From a virus (lineage: Duplodnaviria; Heunggongvirae; Uroviricota; Caudoviricetes), in IMG/VR virus record IMGVR_UViG_3300029305_007758: a DNA stretch of 19,361 nt. One strand, 5' to 3'. The translations under genes and the position numbers were made by a program. The notes under the pieces were generated by a model. It was given only the letters and a program-made list of their open reading frames with translations. It was not told where the DNA came from and did no database searches. Within the stretch, counting starts at the first letter, position 1; each line of letters opens with the position of its first letter. Shown in pieces: positions 8,105 to 16,345 of this stretch.

Positions 8105-8548
8105 ATGTCTATATTTAATTTTGAATATGAAGATGATTGGAAACATTTATTTATTGTTGGTGGTTTTTGTTTGTTGGCTATCATGTTTTTTAGCTGCAAT
8201 ACACCTGCGCAAAAACCGGATCCAAAACCTGGTTCATATGATATTGTGGCAGATACAGAAATTGGTACATATGTGGATGGATACAAAGTTTATACAGTAG
8301 TTGATGTTAGAGAATCAACAGGTCGATATGGAACAAGACATGTATCTGTTGTGCTAGAAGATGCTTCAGAAAATAGATACAATTCAGAATATATTTGGCA
8401 GTGGGATACTGAGTTTGAAGCAACTTCTTATAATAATTTAGCAGCATTAATTGTTGGTGACAAAGTTGCAGTTATTAACATCAATAAAGAATGGGACATT
8501 AATAATTTGAGACGAATACGTGAGGATAGTGAAGCGAAAGGAGAATAA
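8105..8548 (+). CDS. Membrane-anchored/secreted hypothetical protein
   Basis: Hydrophobic segment LFIVGGFCLLAIMFFSC near N-terminus. Confidence 0.7.
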   Translation: MSIFNFEYEDDWKHLFIVGGFCLLAIMFFSCNTPAQKPDPKPGSYDIVADTEIGTYVDGYKVYTVVDVRESTGRYGTRHVSVVLEDASENRYNSEYIWQWDTEFEATSYNNLAALIVGDKVAVININKEWDINNLRRIREDSEAKGE

Positions 8549-8550
8549 TT

Positions 8551-8859
8551 ATGGGGTGTCCAGAAATATATTATAAACAAGCTATACGAAACTTTGCACA
8601 TGCATTAGCTTATAACATGAATGGTAAAGACTTTGCAACAAAATTGTATGAAGAAAAATCTGATGAAATTATTGAAAATTTTATCAAAGAAAAAAAAGAG
8701 ACGTGTGATGAAAAACAATTTTACTATGATGCCGGCAGAGCTTCTCAGTTAGTGCAGGATATGGCTGAAAATGAAGGGATTGATGCATTCAATGCCTGTA
8801 TCGGTGGATTAATTTCGTTTGATCAATTGATTGGACTTGAGGAAGAAGACGATGATTAA
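8551..8859 (+). CDS. Hypothetical protein
   Basis: AAGGAG RBS. Confidence 0.7.
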   Translation: MGCPEIYYKQAIRNFAHALAYNMNGKDFATKLYEEKSDEIIENFIKEKKETCDEKQFYYDAGRASQLVQDMAENEGIDAFNACIGGLISFDQLIGLEEEDDD

Positions 8860-9295
8860 TTTTGAAATCATACATAATGGAAAAAATAGCATAAGATCGT
8901 ACGAAAAAGATCGGAATGTGTATGAATGTTTTGCAAAAACAGATCATGAAGAAACTCCCATTTGCGTCTGTAAAATCAGTGCCACAGAAAATAAATGGAC
9001 CATTTCATCATGGTATACAAAATCTGAATACAAAAATCGTGGCATTGGTAAACAGACGCTGGGGTATTTGCTTCATTGTTTATATGAAACATATGGAATG
9101 CCGGAAACAATTGAATACATATGGGACGGCACAGCTGAATATGTTTATGATTGGATGACAAAACATTTTGATGCAAAATGTATGTGCCCATTAGCAGTTC
9201 TGAAAATGAATGAAGCGGCAGATGATTGGTTGGCACATGTGTATGAGTTAGATGTGGCAAAAGTTTTTGATTATTTTGAGATAAAAAAACAATAA
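8852..9295 (+). CDS. GNAT-like acetyltransferase
   Basis: 'ISSWYTKSEYKNRGIGKQTL' resembles the acetyl-CoA binding motif A (R/QxxGxG); overlaps upstream stop. Confidence 0.6.
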   Translation: MINFEIIHNGKNSIRSYEKDRNVYECFAKTDHEETPICVCKISATENKWTISSWYTKSEYKNRGIGKQTLGYLLHCLYETYGMPETIEYIWDGTAEYVYDWMTKHFDAKCMCPLAVLKMNEAADDWLAHVYELDVAKVFDYFEIKKQ

Positions 9296-9303
9296 ATATA
9301 CAT

Positions 9304-9342
9304 AAAGAGGAGCAATACAATAATGTATTGTTTCTTTTTTTT
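9304..9342 (+). terminator. Intrinsic terminator
   Basis: CAATACA-ATAA-TGTATTG stem plus long T tract. Confidence 0.7.
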
Positions 9343-9350
9343 ATGAATTA

Positions 9351-9408
9351 CTTCGTTTCAAATATACGTGATCCTTATATTTATATGTAATTTTCCAAAC
9401 CATATTTA
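9351..9408 (+). promoter_or_regulatory. Tandem class A (9351-9389) and class B (9399-9408) motifs
   Basis: CTTCGTT-N12-GATCCTTAT followed by ACCATATTTA upstream of gene at 9444. Confidence 0.75.
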
Positions 9409-9443
9409 TACGTATGAGTATAAATAAGGAGAAAAAAAATAAT

Positions 9444-9758
9444 ATGTTAGCAAAACAAAACACAAATCAACAATGTGAGCATGTTCAATTTGTATCATAT
9501 ACCGGTAAATGGCCAATCTTATGTGACGGTATTTTGGTATTGAAGATAAATGGAACCAAATATGATTTTGGGACATATAGTAACAAATACCCACGATTCT
9601 GGAGTTCTGGTGGTTCTTGTTTTCGAAACCAAACAGAAACGAATGAATGGATTATTTATTATGACAAACTTCCAGATGAGTTAAAACCGTATGCAGAAGA
9701 AATTGATACAGTATTTAATCAAAACGTAGAACATGGTTGTTGTGGTGGATGTAAATAA
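9444..9758 (+). CDS. Hypothetical protein with C-terminal GCCGGC
   Basis: AAGGAG RBS before ATG 9444. Confidence 0.75.
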   Translation: MLAKQNTNQQCEHVQFVSYTGKWPILCDGILVLKINGTKYDFGTYSNKYPRFWSSGGSCFRNQTETNEWIIYYDKLPDELKPYAEEIDTVFNQNVEHGCCGGCK

Positions 9759-9784
9759 ATAAGTTAAAAATAAAGGAGTAACAA

Positions 9785-9832
9785 ATGATAAATCGCAGCA
9801 AAATACATAATTTAACAATTGAAAAAGTATAG
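9785..9832 (+). CDS. 15-codon mini-ORF MINRSKIHNLTIEKV
   Basis: Strong AAAGGAG RBS at normal spacing; fills an otherwise empty gap. Confidence 0.35.
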   Translation: MINRSKIHNLTIEKV

Positions 9833-9855
9833 TGAGATTTGCAGGAGATATTTTT

Positions 9856-10452
9856 ATGGATATAGGATTTTCTTCAATCGGATTTGTTTTTGTAATCGTA
9901 TTATTTGTATTAACATTTTCTTGCAAAAACAAAGAGGATACAGATAAAACAATGATCAAAGGTTGCGTTGTTTACTGTTTTATTTTTGCAACACTGTTTC
10001 TTTTTAGTTATCCAATCGAAATATTACTGAAATCATTGAATTTGCAGTATACATATTACAAAGCAAGTATTGTTTTTGAATCGTTTGGTTTTATGATGTT
10101 TTTGCTTGGTTTTTACGTTGGTATTGTAAAAAGAAAAAGTTGTACCGAACGTAGAATGGGTAAATGTGTTGGATATCAAACATATCATGGATACAAAGGT
10201 AGTAAAAGTTACAGTCCAATTTTTACATACAGTCTTAATGGAGAACAAATAAAAGCACAATCAATAACTTCGTACATGTCATTGAAGAAGCTAAAGAAAA
10301 AGTTTAAAATCGATCAATCGTATGAAATATTTATTGATCCAAAACTACCGAAAGCTGTACGTGTGGATCAAAGTATCGGTGTAACAAACATTATTTTTAT
10401 GACAATTGGTATGTGTAGCATCATTATTGGTTTGGGAATATATTTCATTTAA
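9856..10452 (+). CDS. Membrane protein with DUF3592-like beta domain
   Basis: 3 N-terminal TM segments, 'GKCVG...YSPIFTYSLNGEQ...YEIFIDPKLP', C-terminal TM. Confidence 0.6.
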   Translation: MDIGFSSIGFVFVIVLFVLTFSCKNKEDTDKTMIKGCVVYCFIFATLFLFSYPIEILLKSLNLQYTYYKASIVFESFGFMMFLLGFYVGIVKRKSCTERRMGKCVGYQTYHGYKGSKSYSPIFTYSLNGEQIKAQSITSYMSLKKLKKKFKIDQSYEIFIDPKLPKAVRVDQSIGVTNIIFMTIGMCSIIIGLGIYFI

Positions 10453-10562
10453 AGAATACTATACAATGAGTCATTTAAGTATGTGACGGGCGTTATTTTA
10501 ATGTTTATATAATATTTTTTACTTCGTTTTAGTGCAAAATGCTTTTGAAAAAGCAAATTTTA

Positions 10563-10597
10563 CTTCGTTAGAAGAAAATTTAAACCTAATTAATATG
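10563..10597 (+). promoter_or_regulatory. Class A motif CTTCGTT-N12-AAACCTAAT
   Basis: Same 12-nt spacing, upstream of gene at 10625. Confidence 0.7.
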
Positions 10598-10624
10598 AAA
10601 ACATGAAAAAGGAGCCGGAACGGT

Positions 10625-10981
10625 ATGCTTAAAGATAGAGTATTGTCAATCAAATACACATTTGATCATAGAAAATCGTTTCTAAAAGTAGAAAAACAAC
10701 TCTTAGGCAAAAACACAATAAGAGGTTATATACATGATTTGGACAAAGTATTTTTAAAACTGTTTTTAGATAGTGAAGTGGTTTCAAAATTGCATCGTTC
10801 ATATTCAAAACATCACAATAGAGCTTGTACCAAAGAAGATTACATTCAAATGGTTATTGATTGGGAATGTGCTCGTTATACAAAACCGGACAAACCATTG
10901 AATGCAAGAGAAACTTTGTACAAATTCTATCCGGAGCTGGAATTAAAGATTTTGCCAATTTTAAATGAATTTGGCTTGTAA
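10625..10981 (+). CDS. HD-like putative metal-binding protein (DUF5662-like)
   Basis: IHDLDK, HRxxSKHH, MVIDWECA pattern. Confidence 0.55.
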   Translation: MLKDRVLSIKYTFDHRKSFLKVEKQLLGKNTIRGYIHDLDKVFLKLFLDSEVVSKLHRSYSKHHNRACTKEDYIQMVIDWECARYTKPDKPLNARETLYKFYPELELKILPILNEFGL

Positions 10982-10997
10982 AAATGGAGGATAAAAT

Positions 10998-11252
10998 ATG
11001 ATTACAACATTATTAGCAGCAGTAGGCGTTGTTACTTTAGCAAAGAAAACAAACGAAATTATTTCACCTGCAATTGAAAGTTACAACAAACGATATCTTA
11101 GATTCAAAGGTGATGTAAAAAACCTTTTTGGTAGCAGAAAGTATTATTGTCATAATTGTGGCAAAGAAATTGATTTTTTGAATCATGATGTTTGTCCAAG
11201 ATGTGGTACAGAATTATTTATTGCAGAAACGCCAGAAGAAAAACAGGAGTAG
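10998..11252 (+). CDS. Small Zn-ribbon protein with hydrophobic N-terminus
   Basis: CHNC...CPRC; GGAGG RBS. Confidence 0.75.
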   Translation: MITTLLAAVGVVTLAKKTNEIISPAIESYNKRYLRFKGDVKNLFGSRKYYCHNCGKEIDFLNHDVCPRCGTELFIAETPEEKQE

Positions 11253-11258
11253 ACAAAA

Positions 11259-11660
11259 ATGGATAACAGAGATCAGTTAATTAATGAACTTGGAGCGGAA
11301 TATGGTATCAAAAAAGAAAATGAAACAAACAGTCGGTTTCAGTACAATGCAGACACTAATACGTTGCTTCGAAAATCATTGACACAAAGAGCTGTAAGTG
11401 AATTTACGGCAACTCATCCAGAAATGACAACACATGATGTTTCATTAGGAAAGGATGAATATGTAAAAGTGTTAAATGAAACAACGCATATGTTATTGAT
11501 TTTAGACAATGGCGTCAAAGTTGGTCATACAATCAAAGTATTGGAACATGAGTCTTTGGTTGCTACAGGTCGTTTTGTGTTAAAAAAAGTTGTAGAAATC
11601 ATTAAGGGTAGTGAAACTGGTCCATTGAGTCAGAGATTTTGTGTTGTATTGTTAAAATAA
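11259..11660 (+). CDS. Hypothetical protein with C-terminal DUF3850/ASCH-like domain
   Basis: 'DNGVKVGHTIKVLE...TGRFV...FCVVLLK' matches the NDRGYKVGD..LxE..TGR pattern. Confidence 0.5.
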   Translation: MDNRDQLINELGAEYGIKKENETNSRFQYNADTNTLLRKSLTQRAVSEFTATHPEMTTHDVSLGKDEYVKVLNETTHMLLILDNGVKVGHTIKVLEHESLVATGRFVLKKVVEIIKGSETGPLSQRFCVVLLK

Positions 11661-11675
11661 TTCAAGGAGAATAAC

Positions 11676-12068
11676 ATGAATAAAATAACAGAACAGATAG
11701 CAATCGAAACAATTAGAAAGAATCATTGTACTAATAACGAACATTGTACTGATAGCTGTATGCATGGAACAGAGTTTTGTGCTTATGCTATGGCGATTAA
11801 AGCATTGGAAGATAAATTGAAAGATGAAGAAAAACGTATGATTAAAGAAAACACACATATTGTAATCAAAAAAGAAGATGCATTGAAATATTTGACAGAT
11901 GAAGAGTATCAAATATTGCAGACATTGCAACAGAAAATCATTTATGGTAGATCAGAAGATGGTAAGTCTTTGACTAACAGTTATTATGTATGTAATGTAG
12001 ACGAACCATATGCTGAAACAGTACTTAATGCGATTCTTAATGGCGAACGTGAAAAGGCAACTAAGTAA
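11676..12068 (+). CDS. Two-module hypothetical protein
   Basis: AAGGAG RBS; Cys-rich N-module ending AIKALE, then second module from internal MIKENTH. Confidence 0.75.
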   Translation: MNKITEQIAIETIRKNHCTNNEHCTDSCMHGTEFCAYAMAIKALEDKLKDEEKRMIKENTHIVIKKEDALKYLTDEEYQILQTLQQKIIYGRSEDGKSLTNSYYVCNVDEPYAETVLNAILNGEREKATK

Positions 12069-12081
12069 AGGATACTGAATC

Positions 12082-12546
12082 ATGGCATATGCAGAGAAAA
12101 CGTCTGTTTCTGTTGCAAAAACAAAAGCAGATATTGAAGATTTGATCCAAAAGGCTGGTGCCGGTCAATTTGTCTCCGGTTATAAAGAAGACATGGCAGT
12201 AATTGGATTTACATTAGCTAACAGACAAATTCGATTCATTTTACCGTTACCAGATAAAAGTGATAACGTATTTTGGCTTACACCGGAACGAAAGACAAGG
12301 CGTTCTGAACAGCAGGCATATGCAGCTTGGGAGCAGGCGTGTCGTAGTAAATGGAGAGCGTTATATCTTATTATCAAAGCGAAACTTGAAGCAGTAGAAA
12401 GTGGCATCAGTACTGTAGAACGAGAATTTTTCTACGATATTGTGTTGCCGGATGGTCAAACCATCGGTGAATTTATGGCACCGCAGATTGAAATGGCATA
12501 TGAAACAAGAAAAATGCCGCCAATGTTACCGATGCTGGGAGAATAG
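12082..12546 (+). CDS. Conserved phage-type hypothetical protein
   Basis: 'WRALYLIIKAKLEAVESGISTVEREF...LPDGQT' recognised as a phage/prophage family; function unknown. Confidence 0.75.
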   Translation: MAYAEKTSVSVAKTKADIEDLIQKAGAGQFVSGYKEDMAVIGFTLANRQIRFILPLPDKSDNVFWLTPERKTRRSEQQAYAAWEQACRSKWRALYLIIKAKLEAVESGISTVEREFFYDIVLPDGQTIGEFMAPQIEMAYETRKMPPMLPMLGE

Positions 12547-12565
12547 AAAGGAATAATAATAAATT

Positions 12566-13195
12566 ATGAATGATATTATTGTGCTAATAATCGCCTTTCT
12601 TCCATTCTTAATTATATATGTATGTGGTCCACATATTTTGTGTGCATTAAGACGACGTGACGATAAGCGTCTTTTATTTAGGGGTACTGTAACAAAAGAA
12701 GGGCATAAGAAACATTATTATTGTCACAAGTGTGGTAAGGAAGTCGATTATAAAAAGGCTACATATCCTTTGTTTGATAATGATTGCCACAGTGAGTATT
12801 ACGGTGATCATCGCGAATTAAACAAAGAGATATGTAATTCATGTGGTGCAATGCTTTTTGCTACAGATTTTATGGAGAAATATAATCCAATCAAGATTAA
12901 AGTAACAATAAAGACTACAGATTTTGAATTAATTCTTACACATGATTATACCGAATATGCTAAAACACTTATTGAATGCAATAATATATTTCCATCAACT
13001 GGCACAAAAATGACTGAATCGAACATTTGTGAATATTTTAGACCCGGAACTTTTAGTTCCAAAGATATTGATTCATTAAATGGTGAACATTTCTTGTTTG
13101 GATTTGTTGAAACAATTGCTCAGGAGCCTAAGTATGCAAATTTACTTAGCGACTTCGATGAAATTACATTTGTTGTGGAACGAATTTATGAATAA
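12566..13195 (+). CDS. TM-anchored Zn-ribbon protein
   Basis: N-terminal TM, CHKC...CNSC; related to 10998-11252. Confidence 0.75.
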   Translation: MNDIIVLIIAFLPFLIIYVCGPHILCALRRRDDKRLLFRGTVTKEGHKKHYYCHKCGKEVDYKKATYPLFDNDCHSEYYGDHRELNKEICNSCGAMLFATDFMEKYNPIKIKVTIKTTDFELILTHDYTEYAKTLIECNNIFPSTGTKMTESNICEYFRPGTFSSKDIDSLNGEHFLFGFVETIAQEPKYANLLSDFDEITFVVERIYE

Positions 13196-13201
13196 AAGAC
13201 A

Positions 13202-13234
13202 TATAGCGACATGGGAAACTGTGTCGCTATTTTC
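13202..13234 (+). terminator. Intrinsic terminator
   Basis: ATAGCGACA / TGTCGCTAT stem plus T tract. Confidence 0.8.
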
Positions 13235-13240
13235 TTATAA

Positions 13241-13250
13241 ACCATATTTA
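13241..13250 (+). promoter_or_regulatory. Class B motif ACCATATTTA
   Basis: Exact copy between terminator and gene at 13295. Confidence 0.7.
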
Positions 13251-13294
13251 ATAAGTAACAAAACAATTAAAACAAAGAAAAGGAGAACCAATCT

Positions 13295-13807
13295 ATGACA
13301 TTAGATCAGATCAAAGAAACGTTGCATACACCTGCATACGATTTTCTTCGTAACAATGAACATCTTGGACCAAATGTATGCTTGTTAACACTTGGTGGTT
13401 CACATGCATATGGAACCAGTAAAGAAACCAGTGATGTCGACGTAAGAGGAATTGCATTAAATCCAAAACGTGACATTTTACTTGGAACAGATTTTGGACA
13501 GGTAACAGATGAGCCAACTGATACAACAATTTATTCATTCAATAAGATGATGAAGTTACTTTCTGACTTAAATCCAAACACAATCGAAATGCTTGGATGC
13601 TTGCCGGAGCATTATTTACATGTATCGCCAATTGGTCAGGAAATTCTTGATAACAAAAAGATCTTTTTATCAAAGAAAGCAATTCATACATTTGGCGGTT
13701 ATGCAAATCAGATGTTGTATCGTGCCACTCAGCGTTTTACATTGGCTTTTCACGATACGGATTTACAATGTTGCATTCGTTTTATGCAAAGAATGAAATG
13801 GACGTAA
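13295..13807 (+). pseudogene. Pol-beta-superfamily nucleotidyltransferase (Nuc-transf/RlaP-like), apparently C-terminally truncated
   Basis: GGSHAYG...SDVDVRG, NPNTIEML, FGGYANQ motifs; resemblance stops near 13730 and the ORF ends at 170 aa, shorter than expected for the family. Confidence 0.6.
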
Positions 13808-13974
13808 GACATCGCGCGTTATCTATTTGGGGTAGATACGATAATATTTATACAAAAGCTGATATAGCAAAGATTCAGCTTCTCAATGGTGATGAATATT
13901 TTAGTCGTAATTATACAATCAAAGAACCTGTATATGTATTGCTAGACGAAGAAATCAAAGGAGAAATATTATGA
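13768..13974 (+). CDS. Hypothetical protein, probably 5'-truncated remnant
   Basis: Frame is open upstream of the ATG, no RBS, stop overlaps next start (ATGA). Confidence 0.4.
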   Translation: MLHSFYAKNEMDVRHRALSIWGRYDNIYTKADIAKIQLLNGDEYFSRNYTIKEPVYVLLDEEIKGEIL

Positions 13975-14927
13975 AAGAAATCAGTGCAAAGTTAAAACAG
14001 CGTTTCTGTAAGGATTACAAAATTCCGATTGATATTTTTGAAGCACCATACTTCAGTGACAGATTATATCTGTTAGATGAATTTTATGGAACAATCGGTA
14101 AATGGCGACAGTTTGTAAGAGAACTGGAATCTTACGAATCAGAACAGGATTATTTTGAAGAATATAATCGCATCAAAGATGAAGCGATTAACTTTATTAA
14201 GGGAACTGATGCATATAAGCGCTTCAACGAAATGGACATGAATCAGTATCCGGTGGAACATAAGAATTTGCCTCATACGGATATTTTCAAACCAACAAAC
14301 GATGGCCGGAGTTTGAGTAGCATCGATATGAAGAAAGCAAACTTTTCTTCGCTTCATCATTATGATGCCTCTATGTTTGGCGGCGCAGAAACTTGGGAAG
14401 AATTTATTGGCAAATTTACTGATAAGAAACATATCATTGAAAGCAAATATATTCGCCAGGTTATTTTAGGCAATTGTAATCCGAAGCGGCATATTGCTTA
14501 CGAAAAATATTTGATGGATATGGTGCTGTATGATATCTTATCAACTGTATCAATTAACCATATTGTATTCTTTTCAAATGATGAAATTGTGATTGATGTG
14601 ACATCATTAGGTTTTGAATCACAGATTAAGTTACGTAAGATGCTTGTAACAATCTTAAATGGTGAAAATATTCCATTACGCTGCGAATTATTTACGTTAC
14701 ATAAAATCCATGGTACAGATGGGTATGTAAAAAAGATTATTGCAGCAGAAGATTTAGAAGAACATGATATTCGTTTCGAATTTAAATGTTTAAACAGTAT
14801 TATGATCCCATTCGTAATGCGTTACATGAGAAATGAATCAGTTAGAGATAATGACAAAGTCTTCTATCATGAAGGAATGTTGGCACAATTTATTGAAACA
14901 CCGGATATCCGGATTGAAAATTGGTAA
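13971..14927 (+). CDS. Hypothetical protein with DNA polymerase A-like palm motifs
   Basis: AAAGGAG RBS; SIDMKKANF (D119) and SNDEIVIDV (D204/E205) resemble PolA motifs A and C. Confidence 0.7.
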   Translation: MKEISAKLKQRFCKDYKIPIDIFEAPYFSDRLYLLDEFYGTIGKWRQFVRELESYESEQDYFEEYNRIKDEAINFIKGTDAYKRFNEMDMNQYPVEHKNLPHTDIFKPTNDGRSLSSIDMKKANFSSLHHYDASMFGGAETWEEFIGKFTDKKHIIESKYIRQVILGNCNPKRHIAYEKYLMDMVLYDILSTVSINHIVFFSNDEIVIDVTSLGFESQIKLRKMLVTILNGENIPLRCELFTLHKIHGTDGYVKKIIAAEDLEEHDIRFEFKCLNSIMIPFVMRYMRNESVRDNDKVFYHEGMLAQFIETPDIRIENW

Positions 14928-14933
14928 AATAAG

Positions 14934-14967
14934 AATAACGTGGCAGAAATGCTGCGTTATTTTTTTT
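14934..14967 (+). terminator. Intrinsic terminator
   Basis: AATAACG..GGCA-GAAA-TGCT..CGTTATT plus T tract. Confidence 0.8.
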
Positions 14968-14978
14968 ATGTACCATAT

Positions 14979-15116
14979 CACGAACTATGTGAGTGATTTT
15001 AATCGCGAGTTTACACGAGCGTGTAAATCGATCACTAACACTCAGTTAAACTGAGCGATTTAATCGCTTTGCTCACTACCGTTCAGACAAGCTGAACGAT
15101 TGCACACGTGTTCTTC
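14979..15116. other. 138-bp multi-hairpin element flanked by 9-bp direct repeat GTACCATAT; candidate non-autonomous mobile element or structured ncRNA
   Basis: At least 3 perfect hairpins, an internal 15-16 nt repeat, a basal closing stem, and DRs at 14970-14978 and 15117-15125. Confidence 0.55.
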
Positions 15117-15118
15117 GT

Positions 15119-15128
15119 ACCATATTTA
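15119..15128 (+). promoter_or_regulatory. Class B motif ACCATATTTA
   Basis: Exact copy 35 nt upstream of ATG 15163. Confidence 0.7.
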
Positions 15129-15162
15129 TAGTATAAAACAAAGAATAAAGGAGAATACATAT

Positions 15163-15417
15163 ATGACTCGATCAATGAAATTGAAAGGTAAAATGCTTAT
15201 TATCAGTAACATAAGAGGAACATGTGCATGGACTATATTTCAAGTTGATTATGGACGGAATAGATTTTGGTTACTTCATGAAAACGAAAAGTTAACATTA
15301 CACAATGAGTATCCAAATATTCCGTTGCCGGATGTTTCGGAAGAAACAATTGAGGAAATAAAACAAATCATTATACAGAAATGGTTTAGTAAATCAGAAC
15401 AGAATAGCAAGGCGTAA
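15163..15417 (+). CDS. Hypothetical protein (MTRSMKLKG...)
   Basis: AAAGGAG RBS before ATG 15163. Confidence 0.7.
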   Translation: MTRSMKLKGKMLIISNIRGTCAWTIFQVDYGRNRFWLLHENEKLTLHNEYPNIPLPDVSEETIEEIKQIIIQKWFSKSEQNSKA

Positions 15418-15436
15418 TGGCTTTGCTATTTTTTTT
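15403..15436 (+). terminator. Intrinsic terminator overlapping stop codon
   Basis: AATAGCAA / TTGCTATT stem plus T tract. Confidence 0.7.
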
Positions 15437-15441
15437 GTCAT

Positions 15442-15451
15442 ACCATATTTA
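15442..15451 (+). promoter_or_regulatory. Class B motif ACCATATTTA
   Basis: Exact copy after terminator, upstream of 15491. Confidence 0.7.
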
Positions 15452-15490
15452 TTCTGAAATTTATTAATACAAACAAAAGGAGAATAAATT

Positions 15491-16345
15491 ATGACATTAG
15501 ACAAAGCAATTGAATGGGTAAAAGAACTGAAAGTAGTTGTAAATACGAACGAATCTGATGCAAAAATTATGGTAATACAGGCTTTAGAAGAATTGCAAAA
15601 ATTCAAAGCTATCGGGCTTACTCCGGAGCTGATTGAAGCGATGCAGGGACATAATGTTGCATTGATTAATCAGGTAGAAGAAATTCGAATCAAAACGATT
15701 GATGAATGTATTAATGACATTAGAAAATATGCTGATTCGGCTTACGATTGGAACATGGACGATAAAACCGACGATGGTAATGTTGGATACATTGAAGAGG
15801 GCTTATACGAAGCTGTCGAAAGATTGCAAATGTTAAAATCCGAAGAGTCGGAATGTTCTGAAGAGGAGAATAATGATGATATCATTAAGCGTCTTCGAAT
15901 CAAAATGATCGAAAAGTTTGCAAACGCCTTAAAAAGCAAATGTGACATCGCAATTGATTCAAAGATGAACAAAGACACCTATCCTTCTTTATCAGATGCT
16001 TATGAATATTTCAAAGATGACATTGATGAAGTTACAAATGAATTAAAGGCAATAGATTCAGAAGATTCAGAAGAAAAAGATACTGATTGCATCATTAAGC
16101 ATCTTACCAGAGAATGTTCTTACAATGAAACTGGATGTTCTGGCTGCAAAGGTAAAGAACGCATCAAAATTGCTTTAGAAAAAAGTGAAGCAAAGAAACC
16201 GGTTGACGTTACTCGTGTAAAAGATGGTGACAATTTTGTTGGTTACATTGGCAAATGCCCTCATTGTGGTGCAATTGTTGATGAAAATGATAATGTGTCA
16301 TATTGTGATTGTGGACAGAAATTAGCTTGGAGCGAGGTGTATTAA
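15491..16345 (+). CDS. Mosaic hypothetical protein with C-terminal Zn finger
   Basis: AAGGAG RBS; KKP...CPHC...YCDCGQKL; internal acidic repeats. Confidence 0.8.
   Translation: MTLDKAIEWVKELKVVVNTNESDAKIMVIQALEELQKFKAIGLTPELIEAMQGHNVALINQVEEIRIKTIDECINDIRKYADSAYDWNMDDKTDDGNVGYIEEGLYEAVERLQMLKSEESECSEEENNDDIIKRLRIKMIEKFANALKSKCDIAIDSKMNKDTYPSLSDAYEYFKDDIDEVTNELKAIDSEDSEEKDTDCIIKHLTRECSYNETGCSGCKGKERIKIALEKSEAKKPVDVTRVKDGDNFVGYIGKCPHCGAIVDENDNVSYCDCGQKLAWSEVY

Noticed and set aside
14833-15054. ORF whose end (NYVSDFNREFTRAC) vaguely resembles TnpB C-terminal tails
   Set aside because: No RuvC or Zn-finger motifs, most of it overlaps the 13971 gene out of frame; too weak to call a tnpB remnant
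14979-15116. CRISPR mini-array interpretation of the palindromic element
   Set aside because: Only two imperfect 15-16 nt repeats, no regular spacer periodicity, no cas genes in the window
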